From positions 71,858,001 to 71,922,000 of the forward strand of contig CM060733.1 of NCBI GenBank assembly GCA_030704615.1: a stretch of 64,000 nucleotides of DNA. Direction: 5' to 3'. This DNA comes from Takakia lepidozioides (taxonomy: Eukaryota > Plantae > Bryophyta). A program made the translations under genes and the position numbers. The notes beneath the pieces are model-generated. The model saw nothing but the letters and a program-made list of their open reading frames with translations, did not search any database and had not been told where the DNA came from. Below, in pieces: positions 11,871-22,439 of the stretch; position 1 is the stretch's first letter, and every line of letters begins with the position of its first letter.

Positions 11871-14800
11871 CTATGCTGCAACCTCTTGAGCAGTACCCCC
11901 TTCCTGCTCAGTCAATGACAAGGCCTCATCCTGCCCCATCATCTCATCATTGAGGACCTCCTCATCCCGAGAAGAATCCCCAACCTCATCCATCACAGCT
12001 GCCTTCGCTGCCAACTCCCTCTGAACCTCGAGCACCTCCCACATGTGCCATGGATGTCTACACCTCGTGGTCCTCACCGGCTCGCCCCCACTCGCTGCCT
12101 GTACCGTCTCGGTAGGCAGAGAGACCGTCAAGGGAAGTGCACTCCGCACTCTACGTTGCTCAGCCATAGCCAAGCTGACAATCCAGGTCAAGCAATTGAG
12201 ATCCATTGCTTGCCCCAACACCTGACGACGTGATGCCTCAGAAAGAGAAGGCACCGCCGTGGTCCCAGTGGAAAACCCCATAGCCCGCTCTCGCTCGTCG
12301 GCATTAGGCTCCACTAACTGCTGCAACTGAGCATCCCACAGGAGGCCAGGTCCACCATCCCGAAAAGCATGGGATCCTGGGAAGCTGAGCAGTGTAGGTA
12401 ATGCTGCTCGTGGTTGACCCACCCTGTTGACCACTGCCAAAGGCGAACGGTCATCGTGTCTCACACGTTGAGACTGCCTTCCTGTGTCCAAAATGCCATC
12501 CACGGTGAGGTGTGCTGGCCGCTGCACCCCATCAAATGCACGCTTGAGCAGTGCGGGTGGCATCAAGTTAGTCCACCATAGTCGTGGACGATGAGCCCGT
12601 GACCCCACTGCAGCTGCATCCAGCAACACTGCTGACCCAAGCCACGACCGGACTTGATGCACACTGGCCATCACCCTGGCCCGAGAATCACCCATCAGTG
12701 GCACATTCTCCAAGATGTATGCCGGAGATACAGCCTGATGAAGCTGCAAGTGGCGCAAAATCCGCACCATCTCCCAAAACAGACCCGTCCTCGAGTCTCG
12801 CAATCCATTGCCATGCCCGGCTGATGAATGCCCTTGGCAGGGCCAACCTGCCACTACCAGATCAATGGAGCCAACCTGCTCCAAATCCTGCGCCCCCAGC
12901 AACGCAATGTCTGCTGGCAAGGCCTGCTGATATCCACGAACTGCAGACACCGGCAACAACTCAGGGTGCTGCTGCACCATCTGAGCAACATGGCGCAGTG
13001 AGACGCGTCGTGCAGTCTCATCCCTCTCCACATACAGGTAACGTCGAACTCGTACACCTGCCTGCAGCACTGCAGCCAATCCAGTGCTGATCCCGCCAAA
13101 TAAGTCCAGAAGGCATATGCCTTCATCCGGTCGCTGCCACACAAGAGGTGTGGTGTCCAATGGCGACAACTGAGGTGGCCCTGGTACAATCACCGCACTC
13201 TCCTCCTCTCCTGACGGTACAAAAGCTTCTACCCAAGCTTGTTGCACCCGTCCATCAGCAGCGTGCTGCAAATCCTTGCTCGTACCCCACAACGGAGTGT
13301 GAGCAACCATGGCAGGCAACTCCGCCGTACCATGCATGTCATCCTGCTCTGCTGGAGGTGGCACATCCTCTGCATGGGCATTGCCTTCCAGCAACTCTCC
13401 AGGCCAGCTGACTGCAGCTGTGAAGGCGGCTAGTGTTGGCATCTTGCCCCGCTGAGCAGCTGCAATACCCCCAATGAATGTCACAGGGAGCTGTGCACGG
13501 CGACCATCCCCTGACTGCCATCCAGGCCTGTAGGATGCTGACTCCTCCCAGAAATCCAGGGTGAAGCCCATGGGGTATAACACTGCCCCACCAACGAGGA
13601 CATCGTAAGAGACCGCGTCTGTCACAATGGCCTTGGCTCGCATCACTGAGCCATCTACAGGATGATCCGGCTGCAGTCTAATAGCCAACTGATGCCGTGT
13701 CATGCCGCGAGCCTGCTCTGATCCTCCCAGAGATGTCTGTATCTGGAAAGGACAAGGCTCCATATCCGCCTCCATGAGGCCCAAACCTGCAATAGCAGCT
13801 CTGCCCAACATCAGTGGCTGAGCTCCTGAGTCCAACAAGACCCGCAGTGGCCGGTACTTCTTGCCTGCCGGTCCACTCAAAGTGAAAATGCCTCCCTGGT
13901 TGTCTAACAAGACAACTCCAGGTGTCACCATGGCGCGCTCAAAGGCTGGCCTAGCTGGCAGCTCCGTCAATCTGGCAGCTGCAGCTTGCCAGGGCGCTGC
14001 CGTGGCAGTCTTGACCCTCAAATCCGAGGATCCCTCTGCCACTACACCTTCCACTAACTCCGCAGAAGATGAAGTGACCTCTCCACTCTCGCAGAGTGTT
14101 GCTGCTAGTCTGAACACTGCAGCTGGTCTCACTCCCGGCGTCGCAATCATGGTCGCCGAGAACAGTGGGGCTTGACACACAGAGGTGGCTGCTCCCAATA
14201 ACACACCGGCTGCACTAGCCTTGGTAGTAGGTGTCAGTGCTGCACGGGTAGCTCTTCCCAATGGCATAGTAACCTCCGCCTCGGTAACAGTCGGGCGAGA
14301 ACTAGGTGCCATGGATGGCGTTGACACTGTCTCCGCCAAGGTGAATGACTGAGGCAGCCTTGCCTGACGGCTTGCCTCCCCACGTTGTGGATCCAACTCC
14401 ACCTCTGCACCTCGTGGCTCAGGAACTCGTGTTGCTCCTCGAGTCACGGCTGCAGCAGACTCCACCTGCTCTAATGGTAGTGCTGCTCCGCACATGAATC
14501 CCATTCCGCCCATATCTCCTCCCTCAGGAGCAGGAGGTGGGCCATCCCGCCTGGGAGCCGGTACCGCCTGAGCTATAGCCATGGCAGCGAGCCTCTGCTC
14601 TAGCTGCTGAAGCCGATTGGCCATGCCTTGGTCAACACCCTGACCTCCGCGTCCTTGGCCATGTGGAGGTTGCCCTTGGCCTGCACCTCGTGCCCGACCA
14701 CCTCGTCCTCTTTGGGCTGGTCCACCTCGCCCCCGGCCACCATTGTTCCCTTGGAACTGGCCTGGGCGCAACTCAGGATGCAAGTCATAACACTGGGCAT

Positions 14801-15437
14801 CTCCATGCCCATACTTGCCACAATGCCCACACTGCAACTGTGCAGGCTGTGCTTGTGCCGGCCTTCTGCCACTCTCTGGGCAATCTCTCTTGACATGGGG
14901 TCCTCCACATGTCCAACATATCACCCCTGGTTGCTGTTGGCCTGCAAAAGATGCCACGGGCCTCTGCACCTGAGGTCCCCTGTAAGCTCCATGGAACTTG
15001 GGCTGGGCAACCTTGCCCCCCTGACCACGCTGTTGGGCAGTCCCTTGTGCTTGTGGGCTGACAGCTGTGCCCCGTACAGGCATGTCCTTACCAAATCCAA
15101 TTGTAACAACTCGCTCCTCCACCATGTTGAGCTCAATCCGCTCAGCCAGCAGAAACACATCTGCTAATGTGGGTTGGGCTGCTTGTAACAGGGTTGCATC
15201 TCGCACCCTTCTCTTGAGCTCCTTGTCCAGAATTCCATACCAAAACTGGATTGCCTGAGCTTCAGTAACCCCTTGGGTCACACTTATCAAGCGCCTCATA
15301 CGAGTGTACGCCTCTCGCAGGCTCTCACTGGGTTTGCGCTGGAAGTCTTGCAAACTTCGCAGCTTCTCTGTCCGTACACCTTGGTAGTTCCTCCGCAACT
15401 CCTGGAAGAACTCCACCACCGGGTTGAATCTAGGCAA
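11871..15437 (-). CDS. Gag C-terminal part (two zinc knuckles) - aspartic protease - C5-cytosine DNA methyltransferase polyprotein
   Basis: CWTCGGPHVKRDC and CGHCGKYGHGDAQC; protease LLDSGA (~13820-13838). DNMT motifs at ~12190-13120: I LDLFGG, II YVERD, IV GWPCQG, VI ILENV, VIII AHRPRLWW, IX ERERAMGF, X RRQVLGQAM. Confidence 0.93.
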   Translation of the reverse strand: MPRFNPVVEFFQELRRNYQGVRTEKLRSLQDFQRKPSESLREAYTRMRRLISVTQGVTEAQAIQFWYGILDKELKRRVRDATLLQAAQPTLADVFLLAERIELNMVEERVVTIGFGKDMPVRGTAVSPQAQGTAQQRGQGGKVAQPKFHGAYRGPQVQRPVASFAGQQQPGVICWTCGGPHVKRDCPESGRRPAQAQPAQLQCGHCGKYGHGDAQCYDLHPELRPGQFQGNNGGRGRGGPAQRGRGGRARGAGQGQPPHGQGRGGQGVDQGMANRLQQLEQRLAAMAIAQAVPAPRRDGPPPAPEGGDMGGMGFMCGAALPLEQVESAAAVTRGATRVPEPRGAEVELDPQRGEASRQARLPQSFTLAETVSTPSMAPSSRPTVTEAEVTMPLGRATRAALTPTTKASAAGVLLGAATSVCQAPLFSATMIATPGVRPAAVFRLAATLCESGEVTSSSAELVEGVVAEGSSDLRVKTATAAPWQAAAARLTELPARPAFERAMVTPGVVLLDNQGGIFTLSGPAGKKYRPLRVLLDSGAQPLMLGRAAIAGLGLMEADMEPCPFQIQTSLGGSEQARGMTRHQLAIRLQPDHPVDGSVMRAKAIVTDAVSYDVLVGGAVLYPMGFTLDFWEESASYRPGWQSGDGRRAQLPVTFIGGIAAAQRGKMPTLAAFTAAVSWPGELLEGNAHAEDVPPPAEQDDMHGTAELPAMVAHTPLWGTSKDLQHAADGRVQQAWVEAFVPSGEEESAVIVPGPPQLSPLDTTPLVWQRPDEGICLLDLFGGISTGLAAVLQAGVRVRRYLYVERDETARRVSLRHVAQMVQQHPELLPVSAVRGYQQALPADIALLGAQDLEQVGSIDLVVAGWPCQGHSSAGHGNGLRDSRTGLFWEMVRILRHLQLHQAVSPAYILENVPLMGDSRARVMASVHQVRSWLGSAVLLDAAAVGSRAHRPRLWWTNLMPPALLKRAFDGVQRPAHLTVDGILDTGRQSQRVRHDDRSPLAVVNRVGQPRAALPTLLSFPGSHAFRDGGPGLLWDAQLQQLVEPNADERERAMGFSTGTTAVPSLSEASRRQVLGQAMDLNCLTWIVSLAMAEQRRVRSALPLTVSLPTETVQAASGGEPVRTTRCRHPWHMWEVLEVQRELAAKAAVMDEVGDSSRDEEVLNDEMMGQDEALSLTEQEGGTAQEVAA

Positions 15438-16066
15438 TGTGTTGTAGTCGTGGCAGGAGAAGCACCTTTTGAACTGGTACCACCTTCAGAAGTACCAGCA
15501 CTACTTGCTCCACTACTAGTGCTGGCAGTGGGAGCTATTGGTACTGATGCAGCTACTGGTCGCGTCGTGCCTCGAGTAATGGAGACGTAGTCAGGTGACC
15601 AATACATCCTCCACTCCTCAATCTCTGCTTCATGTCCTCGCCTGAACTCGTGGTAATCGTCCATAGGCGGGCCTTCCAAATGCTGGAACAGTCCCTTCCA
15701 CGCCATGAATGGGGTGAATAGCTGTGGATTGCGCATCTGCTGCAAATCACACCAGCTGTCGAACTCCTGGATAAAGTCATCCAACTCGATTGTGCCCACA
15801 GCTCCAGAGTACCTACGAGGCCCCTTGGTAGCTCCATACATCTCCTCCATGTCGTCCCACAACAATGGCGAATGAAAGTGCACACCTGTTGATGAAGCCT
15901 CCGAGTCTGTGTCTGACGCTACAGTAGTTGAGGGTGGCGGTGAAGGTGGTCTGAACCGAATACCTCGTCTTGTGACCCCACTCTCACTGTCACTGCTTGT
16001 AGCCGTACTCCCCTCAAAACCCTTGGGTAACTCCGTAATGACACTCACAATGTGCACCTCCTCCAC
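15296..16066 (-). CDS. Gag N-terminal part (frameshifted relative to 11871-15437 near 15440)
   Basis: RYSGAVGTIELDDFIQEFDSWC...LFQHLEGP resembles a retrotransposon capsid N-terminus; overlaps and precedes the Gag C-terminal ORF. Confidence 0.75.
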   Translation of the reverse strand: MEEVHIVSVITELPKGFEGSTATSSDSESGVTRRGIRFRPPSPPPSTTVASDTDSEASSTGVHFHSPLLWDDMEEMYGATKGPRRYSGAVGTIELDDFIQEFDSWCDLQQMRNPQLFTPFMAWKGLFQHLEGPPMDDYHEFRRGHEAEIEEWRMYWSPDYVSITRGTTRPVAASVPIAPTASTSSGASSAGTSEGGTSSKGASPATTTTHCLDSTRWWSSSRSCGGTTKVYGQRSCEVCKTSSANPVRACERRTLV

Positions 16067-16585
16067 GTGACACTATAAGGCTCTAGTACTAATCTAATAG
16101 TGACACGGGTGGGCACCTGTTGCAGTCTAAGGGTCATATCCCAATGGCTCAGGGCACCTGCACCTGCATCCACCGCAAGAACTCCTATGGTTGGCTGGTC
16201 ATCAACCCAGCCTCACCATAGAAGAAACACTGGTGGTCTTGCTGGTCATCACTCCAGCCTCACCACCGACAGCATACTCTAGGATTGACCGGTGATCAAA
16301 TCCGGCCTAATCCCTATGAAAGCAAGCGCCCACACAAAACCAACATGGCGCACAGTCAAGCATGCAGGTGTTGGGGGGGATCCAAACACAAGAAATCAAA
16401 ACATCAACACCCCCACACCAAAATCCAGCAGCAACGCTGATCCTGCAGAATATCCCAGCCCAAAACCCCGGACTGACTGGCCTCCACCAAGAGAGGCTTT
16501 GGCAACTACAAGTACAAGGTAATGAAAATAGTACAGAGATGGAGGGGAAGAATAGAAGCCCGACCAAGCAAGATCTAATCCTGAT

Positions 16586-17334
16586 CTATGCTATCAACTG
16601 CCAGACTTCTCTCAAAGTGCCTCGCTCTGCATGATGGTAAGGTGTAGGAGGTATATCTATGTCCAGAAACCTGCCACTAACCTTGTCCCAAGCTACAGTA
16701 GCTCGCTCTAACCAACCCTCCTCCTCTTTCTGCCAGGTAGAGACAAAGCAATACTCCCCTATCTCCCGCTCACTGAACACTAAAGAAAACAAAGGTAGGG
16801 TTGATAGTCTCTCAACTCGAAAGCTTTGAGACGGTTGCGGGTGTCCTCATTGCGAATGACTGCATCTCCTTCACGCACAACAAACATGTCATTGCTGATG
16901 AACCCCCGCTCGTGGTTGCCCTGTGCAGAGCGTATCCGGCTGCAATCATGTCTGATTGCACAAACTTGTGTAGCTCCTGCTCCTCTGCTCCAGTACACCA
17001 CGGCCTTGTGACTGAACACCTTGGTCCCCGGGGCTGTCTTTGGCTGTGTTCCAAGCCTAGCTTTCACCCACTTTGGTATTTCACCTACAGCTGCAGAACT
17101 GCTGGCTCCAACAGAGTTCTGACTGTCCAAGGCGATATTGAGGCCCTCAATGCCAACTACAGCAGTCTGTTGTCTACTGCTAATGCCTGACTCCCAGTAT
17201 GCAATCAACTCGTCCAACTGTTCTCCACTCAAATCAGTCTGAGTTCCTTGGGAAACATAAATCTTGTCCCCTTGTGTGCACAGACTAAGAGAAGAGACCT
17301 GCCCTTCAATTACGTCCTCATTTCCCCCAGCCAT
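16586..17334 (-). CDS. Extra ORF of unknown function upstream of gag (16780-17334, probably continuing by frameshift into 16586-16792)
   Basis: 184-aa ATG-initiated ORF inside the element, same strand as gag-pol, protein-like composition, no recognised motif. Confidence 0.4.
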
Positions 17335-19381
17335 GCAAGGAGTACATCCACCAATTTGTCTCTCATATAGACCAGCACAGGTTCTAGAGACAGGATTGTG
17401 GATCTTTCATGGCACACTCACACTCTAAAAATTCCATAGATTTTTAGCAGAGTCCCAAAAACAGAAACCAGGTCTAGATAGGTAGATTTCCCCTTTCTGC
17501 AGATATCCCCTCAAAAACTGAGTCAAACGGAGCTCATTTGACAAAGATATGACCAACCAGGCTCTTTAAACATTTAAATTAGATCAAAAAAAAAGGTTTT
17601 TTTTTTTTTTAACACCAAAACGCTTTTGCCATTACAACCTGTTCCCAGGTTATCTACGAGTTCCCGAGGTCGTTCCCCTCCAGGATTCTCCAGGCACCAA
17701 GAGCTCGTTAATTCCAACACTCGACCTCAGTTGGGTGGGGTATCACGATTTGCTTTCTCTGCGCGTGGGCCTGCCTCCTCGAGACCTAGAGACTACAAAC
17801 CAGGAATTGGGGCGATTTCAAGAGCAGATGCACTGCGCAGCACCTTCATGGCTTATGGACAGGCGGCCTGCTGTGATGTGGCCGTCTTTGCATGGAATCC
17901 AAAGCCAAGACCAGCTTGAAGTTCCATCAACTTGGTCTAATTCGCATCTCTCGCCAACGATTATTGTTGGCTTAGAATGGTTTCTGCCTTCCTGTTACTG
18001 CTCGTGTTTGCTTTTGTGTGCATTCTACAGGTCAGGGATCGGCGACAACAGGCACCAGATTGCCCCGTCACCACCCCCACAAGGCACAGACGACTTCACT
18101 GCCAGGAAAAAGAAAGTGAACCATGCTCAGCATGTAGACCCAAGGCCTGGGTCCATCTGCATCAGCTCCAGTATAAGAGAGACAATCATATAGTTATCAA
18201 GTCTCTACAGGAATTTGCGATTGCCTCAGTAAAGTGGAACTCAATCTGCAGCCTCCTTCCGCCGCCTCTCCATCAACCCTTGGAAGCTCTCGTCCGCTGG
18301 CCTCATCCGTCAGCATTGCTTCTCCTGCTACGAGTCTTCGCATTTCCTCCCCTGCTCGCCTGTGCAGAAGTAAGTACCCTTGACGCCGAAATGACAGTAG
18401 AGGCAAGTGATCAGTTGGAAGTGTTCAATGATGAGACAAATAGAGCTGGAGCTCCCTTGACCTGTATCGCCACAATCTTGGACTCGGGCAGTGTGCTGAG
18501 TTGAAAGCTGGGTTGTGAACCACCATTCGACTTTCCACCAGTTTCCACATCAAAATGGTGGACCCAAGGTGCAAGGCAGCAACAGCTACTTGGCTTTGTA
18601 CAAACCTGAAGCACTTAAAAAACGAAAACGACTTTGCACCTTGCACTCTCCGAAATCAACAATGCCCCCAACAACCCTTTTTGTCAGAAAGTTGGTTGCT
18701 TATGCAGATAATCGACCAGGTGAAAGCAGCTTTCCCAGCCACAATCACAAGTAGCATGAAGATTTGTGAGACTCCTGGTTTTGCAGTGTTGATGATATGC
18801 CAGCAATGGGCTCCCCGTTCTCCATCGCTTTGTGCTAGGCTTTCTCTCTCGGGCCCTGCACCTTCAACCAGCTCGCTGCGCCATGCTCTACCTGCCGGCG
18901 CTGCATTTACTGGAGGGAGCAGATTTACAGCTCCTCCTTCAACTGGCTTCGCTACACCAGCTCCACCTGCTCTTCCGCTGCCTTTCCTGACCGCTTCTGG
19001 TCTGTCCTGGTTCTAATTTAACACTGGTCTGTGCACATCGAACTAAGGCGAGCAGCCCGGCCATCTCCAGGCACGGGAGTTCTACCCATCTGCTCGATCA
19101 CAGGCTCCTCCTTTAAGTCTCGCACTTGGTCAGTTTCCCAATGGCCAATCGCTGCTACTCCATGATGTCTCCTCACCGACCAAAACAAAGGCTGCTTCCA
19201 TGCAGTGTAGCTCCATCATGCCCGGCGGCCTCATGCCAGAACCAACGCTGATCGAAACCTGCATATTTTGTTTTGTTTTTTTTTTTTTTCTTCTAAGCTT
19301 CTAAAACTAAGCACTACTTACACACAGGTAATCGTACAAGTGCTAACCCTCAACTCCTACCTTGCACTCACAGGTAAGAGG

Positions 19382-19396
19382 TCATCTTTCTCGAGT
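19382..19396 (-). other. Self-priming primer-binding site (Tf1-like)
   Basis: TCATCTTTCTCGAGT (19382-19396) is the perfect reverse complement of 19586-19600 inside the adjacent LTR; no TGG-type tRNA PBS is present. Confidence 0.8.
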
Positions 19397-19752
19397 GATA
19401 AGAAAGCTAAATGATACTGCTCTCCACACAAGAAACAATGTGAAATCCAAAACCATCACTCTTTAAAACAGTAGTCGAGCCAGGGGCACCCCAAGCTATG
19501 GGGACTCCACCCCACAACAACCTACACTCCCATCATGAGTAAACTCAGATCTAAACGCACACAGGAGCTCGGTCGCGCAGGCTCAACTCGAGAAAGATGA
19601 GCCGCGCGACTGCCGCTCTCGTGAAGATAAGACGGACCAGGTGTCAAACTAAACTTGACACCTGATTTAACACTTGACCTAAATCCAAGTGTTAACTACA
19701 AATAACTAGTTTTATTCTAGCTGTTTTCACACTGTGCTTATTTAACTTGACA
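19396..19752 (-). repeat. 5' LTR segment B (357 bp), lacking segment A
   Basis: Matches 8041-8400; by eye the only differences are a 3-bp indel and one substitution near the left end. Confidence 0.92.
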
Positions 19753-20875
19753 TGTCTGTGTTTTGCTCCGGTTGCTTGGTCTGTCACTATGACGAGAGTT
19801 AGCTCGCAACGCAGGAAACAAGGAAATTCAGGTTTAAGAGACATGGAAACAGGCTCTAATACCGGTGCATATACCAGTCGTTCACCTATATACCAGACCA
19901 ACAGTGGTACATACATTGAAATAAGTTTTAACACTATCTGCTGAATAAAATGTATTATGATTGTAGCTCTTTAGCTGCTTCCTCTGGATTTTTTGGGCTA
20001 TTGGGTGGTATCCCCTTCATACGCTTCACGGCTTGTTTTTTTCTTATTTTTTTAGATAAATAAACTTTAAAAAAAAACTTAAATACATAAAAGGGGAGGA
20101 AGCCCTTAAGTCATATAAGAAATCATAGAGGAGTCTAGAAGTGGTCGAGACGTAATGTAATAGATGATATTGGAGGAGGATGGACGCTCTCGGCGCTCCG
20201 CGTTTCACGGTGAGAGAGGATCCCAACGGTCGCTTCGTCTCTCCGGCGAGGTTTCTCCCAGGCTGTTGGACGCTAGATGTTGTCCTTGCTTGGATTCTCA
20301 AGTGGTTGGCGTATAGCATAGAGTTAGAATGTTTTTTCCTGTTCTCATAAAACTGGTTTATGTGTGTTTTTCGTGCTTCTGCGTGATTTTTCGCTCCTCC
20401 TAATATCCAGAACGGTTCATCCCAACCTTCCCTGTTTCATTCATCATTTCGTGCGTGCTATCGCCGCCTTCGTCTAATTACTTCGACCTCCCCCCCTCTC
20501 AGCAGCCGGCTATCATTTATGGAGAGACAAGTTGTCCCTGTTGCTTTGATTCAAAGTGGTGCCACCTTTGAGCACTGGCTACATTCCAGCTCAAGCTAGA
20601 CGAAGTATCTCTCTCGTCTAGTTTATCGAGCTTCACTCCTCCCTTTCCAACTGCCCACTGCTCCTGTCTTCGTGTTCTAATTCTTGAATTCTGCTTCAGT
20701 TTCTACACAGAGTGCATTTCTCCTTCACTATCAGCGATTTCTCCTCCAATCTTATCTCACTTCCCTGTTAGTTCGACCCCCACCGGCTTCCCCTCCGGTG
20801 CTTCACGTTTTGACTCTAACTACATCTGAGTGCTAAGTCTCTCTTCCTCTACCCGTCCCTCTTGCCTTCCTTCCA

Positions 20876-21450
20876 ATGGGTCCCAGCTACATGCCCCACC
20901 AGCGATCCAAATCCTCAGCTTGGCCCCGTCGCCACCAAGGTCAGCAGAGCTCGCGGCTTCCTGGTGGGTCCCAGCCATCCTCAAGCTTCGGCTTCTTCAT
21001 GGCCCACCAGGCAAGATCCGCAGGAGCTCGACAAACTTATAGGCCAAAGCAGCTCCTTCACCCCATGGCACCGCCCCTTCCCCACGCCCTTCCCAAGGAG
21101 GTAGGGTCCTCATCCGTTCCGGTGTATTTCATCTCTACGCCAAAACTGGAGGAAGTGGAGTTCAGCCCTGACCACCTCGAAGAGCAAGTATCTATGAACA
21201 AGGATCTCCCCCTCATCAAATTGGACATCCCGGATCTGCACAGCAGAATCACAGGTATGGAAGAATCTGGTATCTTACTACATTTCCCTGGTAGAAAGGT
21301 GTCGCGTTCTTACATAAGAGATTAGGCGACTCGTTTACTTCGGGGGGCACGACGACCTCACGCATCATTTCTGCATAGCCAAAGGGCGTGGTTTATTTTC
21401 TATCATGTTTGAATCTCCTGAAGCTGTTGATAAGGCCCTGCAGTTCAACC
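20876..21450 (+). pseudogene. LINE (L1-like) ORF1 remnant, DUF4283-like
   Basis: GILLHFPGRKVSRSYIRD*...KGRGLFSIMFESPEAVDKALQFNP resembles plant L1 ORF1; preceded by a pyrimidine-rich UTR-like region; truncated. Confidence 0.5.
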
Positions 21451-22439
21451 CGCATCAAAGGGGATTGACTTGGCGGCAAGGTGGTTCCCTTGGCATATTG
21501 ATTGGCCACGCCAATCACATCGCCATAGGCGAGCATTCGTGCAAGCACTTGACGGCCTATTTATGGGTGAGTGGAATGAGGGGAAGTTGTTGGAGCTGGT
21601 GGGAAAGAACCTCAAGGACAAGAGGTACCGTGCACGACAAACCATTCGGAAGGCACTCAAGATGGGGGTCCAACCAACGACCATGCCACATGGAATAAGC
21701 AAGGTAAGATGCACTTCACTTTGTCATTGGCGTCTTTGAATGCATGTGCATTGCAGTATGGAGTTCATTAACAAGAATTGTGCCTTTGTTGGGGCTGGAC
21801 ATGAATCTTGGGAGGCTCTAATTGCAGGGGAGAGGGAAGAGCTGAAGAAAGAGAGTTTCGCGAGGGGCCCTGCGGCAACTACAGCCCGCCTCGAGAAGTG
21901 TGCAAAATCAACACTACCCTGGCGGAAGCAAGAGTTTTGTCACCCGATTTGTAAGTGCTCTTTCCCTTGTCATTCCCATTCTTCTTTTTTAGCTTCTCCT
22001 TCCATGATGAATTCTGATCTGTCATTGCATTTGTATGTCATGTGCAAAGCCGCAAGTTTCGCAGGCCTCCCTCTGCCATCGAGCACAACTTTGCCAAGAA
22101 GAAGGGGTAGGCGGCCCTTGTAGCCTCCAAAGTGGAGGCCAAAGTGGAGGCCCGTAGCTTCCATTCCTCGAACGAGTACTCCTATGACTCAGGTGATGAG
22201 TAAGGGATGGTACCCAGTTAGAGACATGTACACGAGTACTCTATTTATGTATATATTTTGTCACTTGCCATTTTGATCCATTTGGGTTGGATCTTGAACA
22301 TAAGTAGTGGATTGACCTATAGATTAGAATACATGGAATTCTTGCAAGCATGAAGAACACCCCAAACCCCCCCTCCCCCCCTCCAAAAAACAAATCCCAA
22401 AACCCCACCCCAAATCCCAGCTGGCTACCCTGGCATATC

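Larger units (their letters stand above)
7951..19752 (-). mobile_element. Ty3/Gypsy-like LTR retrotransposon carrying a C5 DNA methyltransferase and a PHD finger, with split/permuted LTRs
   Basis: Domain order gag-PR-DNMT-RT-RH-INT-PHD. Termini are TGTC...GACA. Candidate 4-bp TSD TGTC (7947-7950 / 19753-19756). Repeat blocks A (7951-8035 = 8403-8487) and B (8041-8400 ~ 19396-19752). PPT-like AGGGGGG adjacent to 8487. Confidence 0.93.

Noticed and set aside
9575-15445. Programmed frameshifts at ~15440, ~11200 and ~9585
   Set aside because: They fall inside conserved domains, show no clear slippery heptamer, and one involves a deletion of residues; more likely mutations or assembly indels.
7951-19752. 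DIRS/Ngaro/PAT tyrosine-recombinase element suggested by the split repeats
   Set aside because: It encodes an aspartic protease and an HHCC/DDE integrase and has a PPT and a candidate TSD; no tyrosine-recombinase motif was recognised.
21450-22130. Possible CACTA TnpA/Ptta-like remnant
   Set aside because: Only vague compositional resemblance across broken frames; not supportable without a search.
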